This document shows positions 7,985-16,101 of a DNA stretch of 31,156 nucleotides, in pieces (within the stretch, counting starts at the first letter, position 1; each line of letters starts with the position of its first letter). This stretch comes from a virus (Duplodnaviria > Heunggongvirae > Uroviricota > Caudoviricetes): the IMG/VR virus record IMGVR_UViG_2778261417_000015, positions 1 to 31,156 of that record, one strand, 5' to 3'. The notes beneath the pieces are model-generated. The model worked only from the letters and a program-made list of their open reading frames with translations, ran no database searches and was not told the DNA's origin. The position numbers were made by a program, and so were the translations under genes.

Positions 7985-8740
7985 TCAGCTATGAAATCTA
8001 TATGCCCTAGACTGGCTTACCAGAACTTTCGCGCAGATACGGAGAGATGAAAAATCACCGTCCTCGATATACCAGGTCTCATATTTTTTATTGTCAGAAA
8101 TCACTGCTAATTTTTTGTGCTGTTTTTGTAGCCGTTTGATATAGAGATCATTGTCCAGAACGAAAATATAAATGCCGTCACCGTCAAAACAGTCGATGCT
8201 GATGTCGACGAATATCTGGTCGCGGGGCTCGAACGTGCCTGACATCGAATCGCCATTAACAGCAATCATTTTTATATGGTCTGCAGGGCGCCCACCAAAG
8301 ACAGCATGAGCCTCTTCGGTCGAATACTCTATGGATCTAATAGTCTCAATAAATTCATCTCGCACAAGAATTCCTTGCCCAGCACTAGCCTGAATATCAA
8401 AAACGTCTACTCGAAAAGAATCATCCCTCACTGCCATATGCCCTTCGGATATGCCATCTGCTCCACTATCGCCTAAAAGGTAAGACGAAGATGTGCCAAT
8501 TATAGCCGCCAATTCCTGCAGCTTCCCACGTCTCGGAATGGATTCCCCATTGAACCACTTGCTTACCGCTTTCGGCGTTAGCTTCATTCGTTTGGCTATT
8601 TCAGCCTGACGACCATGAGCAGGTAAACCAGCTTTATCACAGGCCAGCGCTAGCCGTTGGGAGAATTCAGTACGCGCTTTTTCTTCTTGAACCATAGGTT
8701 CAATCATAATATCACTTGCGTGAACTATCAGTTCCGACAT
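7985..8740 (-). CDS. cI: CI-type prophage repressor (HTH_XRE plus S24 LexA-like peptidase domain), 251 aa
   Basis: N-terminal HTH (QAEIAKRMKLTPKAVSKWFNGESIP) and C-terminal S24 autopeptidase motifs (AVNGDSMSGTF ... LYIKRL). Divergent from the cro-like gene. Start may be internal or leaderless. Confidence 0.85.
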   Translation of the reverse strand: MSELIVHASDIMIEPMVQEEKARTEFSQRLALACDKAGLPAHGRQAEIAKRMKLTPKAVSKWFNGESIPRRGKLQELAAIIGTSSSYLLGDSGADGISEGHMAVRDDSFRVDVFDIQASAGQGILVRDEFIETIRSIEYSTEEAHAVFGGRPADHIKMIAVNGDSMSGTFEPRDQIFVDISIDCFDGDGIYIFVLDNDLYIKRLQKQHKKLAVISDNKKYETWYIEDGDFSSLRICAKVLVSQSRAYRFHS

Positions 8741-8758
8741 AATATGTACTTACAGTTC
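8716..8758 (+). promoter_or_regulatory. Candidate pR promoter with two OR operator sites
   Basis: TTGCGT (8716-8721), 16-bp spacer, CATAAT (8738-8743). Palindromic GAACTATCAGTTC (8722-8734) sits in the spacer and GTACTTACAGTTC (8746-8758) just downstream. Confidence 0.45.
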
Positions 8759-8775
8759 AATTTGAGGGTTAGGAA

Positions 8776-9015
8776 ATGCAACCTAAAAACCTTGGCGACA
8801 TCATCAAGCAAATCCGTGTGCCGGTGGTGGCAAAGGCATGTGAGCGCACGCCGCGAGCAATTTACAAATGGATAAACAGCGGCTGTTTGCCACGAACCGA
8901 TTACACCGGTGAAACCGAATACGCATCAAAAATCGCAGCTGTATCGGATGGCCTGTTCACCGCAAGCCAGATTCTGGAAATCAGCAAACCGAAATCGGTT
9001 CAACCAGCTGCTTAA
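8776..9015 (+). CDS. Cro-like HTH regulator (79 aa)
   Basis: Small ORF divergent from cI with GAGGG RBS. Basic HTH-like N-terminus. Function assigned mainly by position. Confidence 0.6.
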   Translation: MQPKNLGDIIKQIRVPVVAKACERTPRAIYKWINSGCLPRTDYTGETEYASKIAAVSDGLFTASQILEISKPKSVQPAA

Positions 9016-9031
9016 TTTATTCGTTCACCAC

Positions 9032-9079
9032 CGCTCTTTAACAATCTGGAACCCTATTAAACCGGCTGAGTAATCAGCC
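9032..9079 (+). promoter_or_regulatory. nutR-like element: boxA consensus plus downstream hairpin
   Basis: CGCTCTTTAACAAT (9032-9045) matches the boxA consensus; perfect hairpin GGCTGA-GTAA-TCAGCC at 9064-9079, 17 nt after the stop of the cro-like gene. Confidence 0.45.
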
Positions 9080-9112
9080 AATCATTAACTATTCAACGAA
9101 AGGGATAGCGAT

Positions 9113-9655
9113 ATGCAATCACTTACGTATCAACAGAGTACCGGAATACACAGCAGCGTGATGATAAATCGCGCTCAACCGGAACCGGACAATAACCATG
9201 AGTTGATCCGCGCGGCGGTTCGCGCCTGGTCAGCTGCTATCGACAATCAGGACGTGGTATGCGCGCTGATTATCAACGAGTACCGGGAGCAGGGCGGCAC
9301 AGCGATCAACTTTCCGGAAGATGTGAGCCGGGCCAGGCAGAAGTTATTTCGTTTTCTCGATAACCGGTTCGACTCCGATCAGTACCGCGAGAACGTTCGC
9401 GAGCTGACGCCAGCGATTATGGCTGTCCTGCCGCTTGAATACCGTACGCGGCTGCTTCCACAGAACGACACGATGTCTTTGATTGCTTCTGCAATGAAAG
9501 AGTGTGCTGAGGCTAAGCAGGCGGTACTCCTTGGCGCGCCAGAGCATCAGAAATTGAAGGAGGTAAGCGAAGGTATAGCGTCGCTGTTCCGACTCATGCC
9601 TGAACAGGTAGGCCCGCTGATGACGATGGTCACTTCGATGCTGGGAGTTATGTGA
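9113..9655 (+). CDS. YdaT-like protein in the cII position (180 aa)
   Basis: Intact ORF directly after the nut-like site. The N-terminal segment resembles recalled YdaT-family proteins found after cro-like genes. Functional assignment is tentative. Confidence 0.45.
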   Translation: MQSLTYQQSTGIHSSVMINRAQPEPDNNHELIRAAVRAWSAAIDNQDVVCALIINEYREQGGTAINFPEDVSRARQKLFRFLDNRFDSDQYRENVRELTPAIMAVLPLEYRTRLLPQNDTMSLIASAMKECAEAKQAVLLGAPEHQKLKEVSEGIASLFRLMPEQVGPLMTMVTSMLGVM

Positions 9656-9745
9656 TGGGAAGTTTCAAAAATGGCGAAAGCCAGTCTGCGCGAACAGAAC
9701 TGGCCTTCAGATGCAAATCGTGTGCACTCATTGCAGGAGGAATAA

Positions 9746-9891
9746 TGGCAAAAAATCCACGCTATTACCATACCGCTGTACATAAAAACATAACCCGCGA
9801 CCGCTTCATCCGCTCGGTTAACCCGATTGTGGCAGAGAAGATGCGCGCCATCCTGGAAGAACTGAAACGTAAGGAGAGTGGCCGTGGGTAA
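9746..9891 (+). CDS. Small basic hypothetical protein (48 aa)
   Basis: Strong AGGAGG RBS 5 nt before the ATG at 9746. The longer track ORF starting at 9652 lacks an RBS. Confidence 0.4.
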
Positions 9892-10762
9892 CGTATCCAA
9901 TTTAGCCGAAGCCAGAGAGGCCAGAAGGCTCCAGAAACCGCGCACGAATGACGGTAAGGGGTTTGCCTTGCTGCACCGTAAAATTATGGATGTGCCGTTC
10001 TACAAGGACGCTGAGGCGGCTCATTTATGGGTTCACATGCTCCTGCGTGCTAATCACGAACAGACACTGGTATCTACTGATGTTGGCGATGTGATCTGCG
10101 AGCGCGGAGAGTTCATCACCGGGCGAAACACACTGGCAATGGAAACGGGTTTGACCGCTGATCGCGTTAAATCCCTTCTCCGTAAATTCCAGAATCTGGG
10201 CATGATCACCACCAAATCGAACAACCGTTTTACTGTTCTAAAAGTGGTCAAATATGACGAATATCAGTCAAATTTTTGTCCAGCAGATGTCCAGCCAGCG
10301 TCCAGCCCAAACATAGTCGTACCAATGCCTGCGGAGGTGGAGTGTCCAGCCGATGTCCAGCCAGTGTCCACAGATAACAATATATTAAATAACTTACTAC
10401 CTAACGGTAGTAAGTATGTCGCAAATGACCAGAAACCCGCTGAAGAGAAAAAGTCTCGTTTGTCATGCGATGAAGTATGGCAATGCCTGAAAGACGAACT
10501 GCCTGAAGCACGGGGATGGAGATGCCTCACTGATGAGCGACGCAATCTGATCCGCACATTCTGGGGTAAGGCTAATAAGATTGCCCGCAACCTGGACGGC
10601 AAGCCGATGGATATGGACGGTTTCAGAAGCTATCTGCGTTACATCGCTCAGAACTGCCGCTGGATGCTTGAAGACCGACCAGACCAGAAGTCTGGGAAGA
10701 CCTGGCGCCGTATGAAATTCGATAAGTTCCTGACCGAAAAGCTCTACATCGAAGTGCGCTAG
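9878..10762 (+). CDS. Replication initiator (lambda O-like) with internal origin, 294 aa
   Basis: Winged-helix-like N-terminal domain, iterons embedded in mid-gene, immediately upstream of the DnaB-type helicase. Confidence 0.6.
   Translation: MAVGNVSNLAEAREARRLQKPRTNDGKGFALLHRKIMDVPFYKDAEAAHLWVHMLLRANHEQTLVSTDVGDVICERGEFITGRNTLAMETGLTADRVKSLLRKFQNLGMITTKSNNRFTVLKVVKYDEYQSNFCPADVQPASSPNIVVPMPAEVECPADVQPVSTDNNILNNLLPNGSKYVANDQKPAEEKKSRLSCDEVWQCLKDELPEARGWRCLTDERRNLIRTFWGKANKIARNLDGKPMDMDGFRSYLRYIAQNCRWMLEDRPDQKSGKTWRRMKFDKFLTEKLYIEVR
10277..10373. repeat. Origin iterons, followed by an AT-rich stretch
   Basis: Six copies of a TGTCCAGCC-type unit in two clusters (10277-10308 and 10342-10373), followed by AT-rich ATAACAATATATTAAATAA. 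Encoded as a repeated PADVQP peptide. Confidence 0.6.
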
Positions 10763-10772
10763 GGGGATCGTG

Positions 10773-12206
10773 ATGACCGCTGATTTCATGGCTGTACCAC
10801 AAAACCTCGAAGCAGAGCAGAGCGTTATCGGTGGCCTGCTGCTGGATGATGACAACAGCGAGCGAGTCCAGAAGGTTCTGGCGATGCTCAAGCCTGAATC
10901 GTTCTACAGCCGACCTCACCAGCTGATCTTTGCCGAGATGCGCCAGATGTTCCGCGACAACAAGCCAGTCGATGGTCTGACATTGTTCGACGCGCTCGAA
11001 GGCAAAGGGCTCGCGGAGCAGGTAGGTGGCTTTGCTTACCTGGCGGAGATCGCCAAGAACACTCCCAGCGCTGCAAACATCGTGGCATACGCTGCGTCAG
11101 TCCGGGAAGCCGCAATGGAGCGCTACGGTATCAGCCGCCTGACCGAAGCTACTGAGCTGCTGTATTCCCGCAATGGCATGAGCGCCACGCAGAAGTACGA
11201 GGCCATTCAGGGTATTTTCACCCAGCTCGCAGACCATTCAAAAACCGGTAGTCGCCGTGGGTTGCGGTCGTTCGGCGAGGTTATGGATGACTGGGTAGCA
11301 GATCTGGAGAAACGCTTTGACCCTTCAGGCGAACAGCGCGGCATGAGCACCGGCATCCCGTCACTCGACCGGCTGCTGGCGCCGAAAGGTCTGGTTAAAG
11401 GCTCTCTGTTCGTGATTGGCGCAAGGCCAAAGATGGGCAAGACAACCCTGTACGGTCAGATGGCGATCAACTGCGCGGTTCGTGAGAAAAAGCCAGCGCT
11501 GATGTTCAGCCTCGAAATGCCGGGCGACCAGATCCTCGAAAAACTGGTTGGTCAGAAGTCTGGAGTTAACCCGAGCATTTTTTACATGCCAGCCACGGAT
11601 GACGCCGATGACCAGTACCAGGGCGATTACGACGGCGACTTTAAGAAGGCGATCGCCACCGCCGGGCGATTGAGTGAAATCGACATGCTGTACATCGACG
11701 ATACTCCTGGCCTGTCACTGGCGCACATCGTTAGCGAAAGCCGCCGAATCAAGCGCGAGAAGGGCTGCGTAGGAATGATTCTGGTTGACTACCTGACTCT
11801 AATGACCGCCGAAAAAGCCGACCGTAATGACCTGGCCTACGGGATGATCACCAAAGGTCTGAAGAATCTCGCCAAAGAGCTTGGCTGCGTCGTCGTGCTG
11901 CTGACCCAGCTCAACCGCGAACTGGAGAAGCGAGTGAATAAACGCCCGTTGCCGAGCGATTCCCGCGACACAGGGCAGATTGAGCAGGACTGCGACTACT
12001 GGGTTGGTATCCACCGGGAAGGTGCTTTCGATGACAGCGTGCCGCCGGAAGAAACCGAGTTAATACTGCGACTCAACCGCCACGGCAGTACCGGAACGGT
12101 TTATTGCAATCAGAACAACGGGGCAATTTACGACACAGACCAGCAGGCCGCCGCCGCAGAACGCCGCGGGCGTGAGCAGCAGCCGAAAAAGAAAGGGGGG
12201 TTCTGA
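10773..12206 (+). CDS. Replicative DNA helicase, DnaB family (about 477 aa)
   Basis: DnaB N-terminal domain (LEAEQSVIGGLLLD) and RecA-like ATPase core with Walker A (GARPKMGKTT). ATG at 10773 follows an AGGGGG RBS. Confidence 0.85.
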   Translation: MTADFMAVPQNLEAEQSVIGGLLLDDDNSERVQKVLAMLKPESFYSRPHQLIFAEMRQMFRDNKPVDGLTLFDALEGKGLAEQVGGFAYLAEIAKNTPSAANIVAYAASVREAAMERYGISRLTEATELLYSRNGMSATQKYEAIQGIFTQLADHSKTGSRRGLRSFGEVMDDWVADLEKRFDPSGEQRGMSTGIPSLDRLLAPKGLVKGSLFVIGARPKMGKTTLYGQMAINCAVREKKPALMFSLEMPGDQILEKLVGQKSGVNPSIFYMPATDDADDQYQGDYDGDFKKAIATAGRLSEIDMLYIDDTPGLSLAHIVSESRRIKREKGCVGMILVDYLTLMTAEKADRNDLAYGMITKGLKNLAKELGCVVVLLTQLNRELEKRVNKRPLPSDSRDTGQIEQDCDYWVGIHREGAFDDSVPPEETELILRLNRHGSTGTVYCNQNNGAIYDTDQQAAAAERRGREQQPKKKGGF

Positions 12207-12550
12207 TGACCATAACAATTCGTGGGCAGATTCTTGCAGCCCTGCGTAATAACCCGGGCCTGAATAGTGCTTTCATTGCCAGGATGATCGGCATGACCAC
12301 CAAAAAGATTTCCGGCCCGTTAAGTACGTTGTTTGCAGACGGCCTGATCGAGTTCGAAGGCAAGCACGGACAGCGGCTTTATCGGCTGACCGATTACGGC
12401 ATGAAATACGCACCAGAAACAATCCCGGCTATGCCGAAGGGAAATTCGAAGCTGGTGCAGCGTACAGAGGCAAACGTGATCTGCCAGGAGTGCCGGAAAA
12501 GTCCGGCTATGAAGCGAGTATTGATGGTTTGGGGGAGGGTAGGGGTATGA
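12206..12550 (+). CDS. ren: Ren-like protein (114 aa)
   Basis: The C-terminus (CQECRKSPAMKRVLMVWG) and central segment resemble recalled lambda Ren. Located directly after the helicase gene with a TGATGA overlap. Confidence 0.5.
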   Translation: MTITIRGQILAALRNNPGLNSAFIARMIGMTTKKISGPLSTLFADGLIEFEGKHGQRLYRLTDYGMKYAPETIPAMPKGNSKLVQRTEANVICQECRKSPAMKRVLMVWGRVGV

Positions 12551-12849
12551 AACAGAAATTTATTGATGGGATTGATATGGATAATATCAGCTACACACCG
12601 GCGATCACCACGGATGGAACATATGATCATCAGAAAAACTGCAAATGTTCGAGGAGTACCAAGCCAGAGTGGCTGAAGGTAAAGCCAGATGATTGGTTAT
12701 GGCTATTGAAAACGCGGGAATGGACGTGTTCTTTGATACCTTATTATCTCTCGTCTTGCAAGGGGAACCCGCTTCTGCTGACATTTGCATTGGTGGTGTT
12801 AAGCTCGTTATCAGAGCGGGTCAGTAGAACCAGCAAGCTAAGGCACTGA
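12547..12849 (+). CDS. Hypothetical ORF with uncertain reading frame, possibly degraded
   Basis: ATG at 12547 has a GGGAGGG RBS, but the 3' half translates to implausible sequence while a shifted frame (12699..12827) gives a more protein-like 42-aa peptide. Confidence 0.3.
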   Translation: MKQKFIDGIDMDNISYTPAITTDGTYDHQKNCKCSRSTKPEWLKVKPDDWLWLLKTREWTCSLIPYYLSSCKGNPLLLTFALVVLSSLSERVSRTSKLRH

Positions 12850-12868
12850 TAGACTATGATTTTTATGC

Positions 12869-13621
12869 TTAGTCATGTTTAAATCCTGGATTCCCTATAG
12901 AATTTGCCTCGAAGGATTTTTGAATCTGATAGTGCTCAATTTCCTGTTTAATGTTAGTGATTTCATCTTTAAGTTTTTCATTATCTGCGTAGGCTTGCGC
13001 TAAATCCTTCTCTAGATCAAGAATTTTATTGTTTTGCTCTTTAACCATTTTATCCGAGTGAATCGCCTGTTCGCTAAAGCGTGTTGATGATTCCTTCAGG
13101 GCTGTTTGTGCTTTAAGTAGCTCTTCTAATTCCAGCTTGAGTTTATCCCGTTCTGCAGTAATCTCACCCATCCTCTCCTGAGATTTCACAATACTTTCAC
13201 GCATTTCTTGTATTTCTTTCTCTGCCCCAGCCTTGAATCGATTATATGTAACGTCCCGTTTTGCCCTATATCTCTCCACACTGATATCAGCAACTAACGC
13301 CTTCTTGCGTCGAATCGCCATCAATACTGAGGTTCGTGAAATAGGCTTAGACTGCAAAGCAGTAAATTTCTCGTTGATGATTGGCAAAGCAATTGCCAAA
13401 AGTATAGCAATTAGAAGAGGAAGCAGAAAAATAATTGGATATGTATTGCTTATAAAGGTCAGCCTTGATTCGATTTTCATTTCACTGAAAAGCAAAACAG
13501 CCACAGCCTTCCAATTGCATGCAAACCAAGACAAGATAAAGACACCATAGAAAGGGCTTTTGAATCGCTCTGTAGATGTTTTTTGAACTGAAAAGTAAAT
13601 TTCTTTTATTGATTCCCACAT
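12869..13621 (-). CDS. Membrane protein: two predicted transmembrane helices plus long coiled coil (250 aa), opposite strand
   Basis: Hydrophobic segments (FYGVFILSWFACNWKAVAVLLF; YPIIFLLPLLIAILLAIALPII) followed by heptad-rich charged sequence. Strongly AT-rich. Orientation opposes flanking phage genes. Confidence 0.6.
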   Translation of the reverse strand: MWESIKEIYFSVQKTSTERFKSPFYGVFILSWFACNWKAVAVLLFSEMKIESRLTFISNTYPIIFLLPLLIAILLAIALPIINEKFTALQSKPISRTSVLMAIRRKKALVADISVERYRAKRDVTYNRFKAGAEKEIQEMRESIVKSQERMGEITAERDKLKLELEELLKAQTALKESSTRFSEQAIHSDKMVKEQNNKILDLEKDLAQAYADNEKLKDEITNIKQEIEHYQIQKSFEANSIGNPGFKHD

Positions 13622-13790
13622 ATCGCATGAGCCATGTCAGAAGTAAACTATGTCAATCATACCCAACAGGGGATGCCATAACTATAATAAAACACTAAAA
13701 AACGGCAAAGAAGTAGAAAAATACTACGCCCTACAGGTGAAGCTGAGTTGGTTGGCGATAATTGTGGCGGCACCAAAGGTAAGAACGAAG

Positions 13791-13809
13791 AAGGGGCAAC
13801 CCCTTTTAT
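13791..13809 (+). terminator. Possible short terminator-like hairpin
   Basis: AAGGGG-CAA-CCCCTT followed by TTAT, inside the intergenic region of the accessory island. Confidence 0.3.
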
Positions 13810-13964
13810 GGGGGTGGGATTCGACCATGCGACCACTTTTCTGGTAAGCGCAGTATCAATGCGCCGCTTTCGGCCGCTCAGCCATCCCGCAATGTTTGGA
13901 ATTGATAAAATTTATCTAATACCGTTAAGTGGACGCCAATTATCCATTTTTATTAGGTGGTAAT

Positions 13965-14213
13965 ATGTCTGACTGGAACATATCTGCAAAGCCGCAGGAA
14001 GAGCGCGACAAGGTTAACGTTGACCTTGCGGCCTCTGGTGTTGCATACAAAGAGCGCCTGAACATGCCGGTTATCGCTGAAGTGGTGATGCGTGAGCAAC
14101 CCGAGCATCTTCGTGATTACTTTCTTGAGCGTTTGCGTCATTATCGAGAAGTAAGCATCAGCCTTCCTAGGGCTGGCAACCCCCGCTACATCAAGAATGA
14201 AGAGGTAAAATAG
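13965..14213 (+). CDS. Hypothetical protein (82 aa)
   Basis: ATG at 13965 is preceded by AGGTGG. Its stop is 1 nt before the next gene start. Confidence 0.5.
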   Translation: MSDWNISAKPQEERDKVNVDLAASGVAYKERLNMPVIAEVVMREQPEHLRDYFLERLRHYREVSISLPRAGNPRYIKNEEVK

Positions 14214-14214
14214 C

Positions 14215-14700
14215 ATGACTTCTGAGGCATGGAGCGCCGTAGCAGGCGTTGCATCAGCTATAGCAGCTTCCGTGAGCCTTATCATCACATGGAGAGGGCT
14301 AATCTATCAAAAGGCTTCACTAATCGAGTCAAGGCGAAGAAATATCCAAGACTTACTTAGTTATCAAGCAGAAAGGGCAAATTCATCATGCAGTGGAAAA
14401 ACAAGTTCAGACTGGTCGTTCTCTGAATTTGCAAACATTATGTTCGCTATCGATACTGCGAGAAACATGGTCGCACGGATAAAAGATAGCGATGGCATTA
14501 GCAAGGAAGAGGCTGGAAAATATTTTTTAGATTTACTCAACCAGCATATCGTAGCCACGTTCAAGCACGGCAGCCCTCCAGACGGGGCTTTTAAAAATAA
14601 AGGCTCAATCCCTGAGAGCCTTGAGGTTATTCAGTTGTGGAACCCTAACGCTCATTTTCTGGGTTTTACAGATGTGGATTTTGGCATAAGTAAACTTTGA
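14215..14700 (+). CDS. Membrane-anchored hypothetical protein (161 aa)
   Basis: N-terminal hydrophobic helix (AWSAVAGVASAIAASVSLIITW) then a soluble domain. AT-rich and coupled to the upstream 82-aa gene. Confidence 0.55.
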   Translation: MTSEAWSAVAGVASAIAASVSLIITWRGLIYQKASLIESRRRNIQDLLSYQAERANSSCSGKTSSDWSFSEFANIMFAIDTARNMVARIKDSDGISKEEAGKYFLDLLNQHIVATFKHGSPPDGAFKNKGSIPESLEVIQLWNPNAHFLGFTDVDFGISKL

Positions 14701-14880
14701 TTTTCTGAAATCAACAGGCCATAATCTCCCCGTGGCCTGAACAACCACAACCCAATCCCCAGCGTCGTGAAGAGGAAACCTCATGGCGCTGTATGAAGTT
14801 ACAATCCGACCTCTTTCACAGATGCTTTCTGGCACCTGTGATTTTCTGCATTCTGCGTTTGACCTCTGCGGAGGTGAAGC

Positions 14881-15330
14881 GTGAAGCAACAATACTGTCT
14901 CGTTAACGACAACGTGAAACGCAACGTCGTCGCCTTAATCCAGTCGCTCCCGGTCAATCCCCGTGCTCCGATGGTAATCGAAGCACGAGAAGAAACTCGC
15001 ACCGACAAGCAAAACCGCATGATGTGGCCATTACTCAAAGACCTGTCTGACCAGGTTGTCTGGCACGGCGAGAAGCTGACACGTGAGGAATGGAAGGACC
15101 TCATCACCGTTCTGGTTAATCAGACTCATGACCAGCAGCAGAAGTCCGCACCGGGCATCAACGGTGGTCGTGTTTATTTCGGCGTCCGCACATCCAAATC
15201 CAGCAAACGCTACATGGTCGATGTCATAGAGGCGATTTACTGGTTCGGTACCGACCGCGGCGTGAAATTCTCCGAAGCATCCAGTGCTCGAATCTCCTGG
15301 GCGCAGGAGTGGAGGGCATCCCATGCATAA
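14881..15330 (+). CDS. ninB: NinB (Orf) recombination mediator (149 aa)
   Basis: Matches the recalled lambda NinB pattern (DKQNRMMW ... VVWHGEKLTREEWK ... GTDRGVKFSE). GGAGG RBS before the GTG start. Confidence 0.8.
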   Translation: MKQQYCLVNDNVKRNVVALIQSLPVNPRAPMVIEAREETRTDKQNRMMWPLLKDLSDQVVWHGEKLTREEWKDLITVLVNQTHDQQQKSAPGINGGRVYFGVRTSKSSKRYMVDVIEAIYWFGTDRGVKFSEASSARISWAQEWRASHA

Positions 15331-15964
15331 GCCATCCCGCCGTAAGTGCAAAGTCTGTGATGAGTGGTTCGTGCCGAAATACCACGATATCCGGATCCGC
15401 TGGTGCTGCCCGGAGCATGGCGCCATCCTGGCAATTGAGGAGCGAGCCAAGGAGAAAGTGAAGGAGGCCGCGAAGCGCATTAAAGAGCAGAAAGAGGCCG
15501 AGAAGGCAGGGCGCAAGCGCCGCAAGGAGCGACTGGCAGAGCTACGTCCTGCAGGTTACTACAAGGCGCAGGCTCAACAAGCATTCAACGCCTTCATCCG
15601 TGCCCGTGATGCCGATTTGCCATGTATCAGTTGCGGCGAGTCCAATCCGCCTGATCTGCATGGCGGTCAGTGGGATTGCGGCCACTTCAAGACGGTCGGC
15701 GCCAACCCTGAACTGCGTTTTGAAGAGCGGAACGCTCATAAGCAGTGCAAATCCTGCAATGCAGGGGCTGGAAAGTACACCGCCAAAGAGGCGACGGTCG
15801 CGCAGCAATACGAAGCCGGTCTGGTTGCTCGTTTTGGTCAGGAGTACGTCGACTGGCTTAACGGCCCCCACGAAATGACCAACTACCGACGTGAAGACTT
15901 TATCCGGATCCGGGATGAGTACCGCGCCAAGCTCAAAGCACTGAAACAGCAGGAGGCAGCATGA
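15323..15964 (+). CDS. ninG: NinG (Rap) recombination protein (213 aa from the internal Met)
   Basis: Matches recalled lambda NinG (RKCKVCDEWF ... QQAFNAFIRARDADLPCISCG ... HKQCKSCN). ATG at 15323 has a GGAGGG RBS and overlaps the ninB 3' end. Confidence 0.8.
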   Translation: MHKPSRRKCKVCDEWFVPKYHDIRIRWCCPEHGAILAIEERAKEKVKEAAKRIKEQKEAEKAGRKRRKERLAELRPAGYYKAQAQQAFNAFIRARDADLPCISCGESNPPDLHGGQWDCGHFKTVGANPELRFEERNAHKQCKSCNAGAGKYTAKEATVAQQYEAGLVARFGQEYVDWLNGPHEMTNYRREDFIRIRDEYRAKLKALKQQEAA

Positions 15965-16101
15965 AAAAGGAAGCCATTGCAGCACTCAAAACTCGCTGGC
16001 AGCGCCAACGCCTGTACCGCTTCCCCGGCTCAGTCCTGACCTATTACCGAATCATCCATAACGCAGCCCGTCTAATTCAGAAAGCAGGAGCCACGCAATG
16101 A
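15961..16101 (+). CDS. Small hypothetical protein (46 aa), translationally coupled
   Basis: Hand-translated ORF (MKKEAIAALKTRWQRQRLYRFPGSVLTYYRIIHNAARLIQKAGATQ) with ATGA overlaps at both ends, to the ninG stop and the Q-like start. Confidence 0.4.
   Translation: MKKEAIAALKTRWQRQRLYRFPGSVLTYYRIIHNAARLIQKAGATQ

Noticed and set aside
8276-8476. Plus-strand ORF inside the cI repressor gene
   Set aside because: It is antisense to the well-supported repressor gene and has no RBS.
9652-9745. N-terminal extension of the 79-aa track ORF upstream of the 48-aa gene
   Set aside because: The strong AGGAGG RBS is positioned for the internal ATG at 9746, and the extension overlaps the end of the preceding gene without signals.
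12605-12790. Minus-strand 61-aa ORF and other short ORFs at the island edge
   Set aside because: They overlap the ambiguous plus-strand ORF, have no RBS, and show no coding-like composition.
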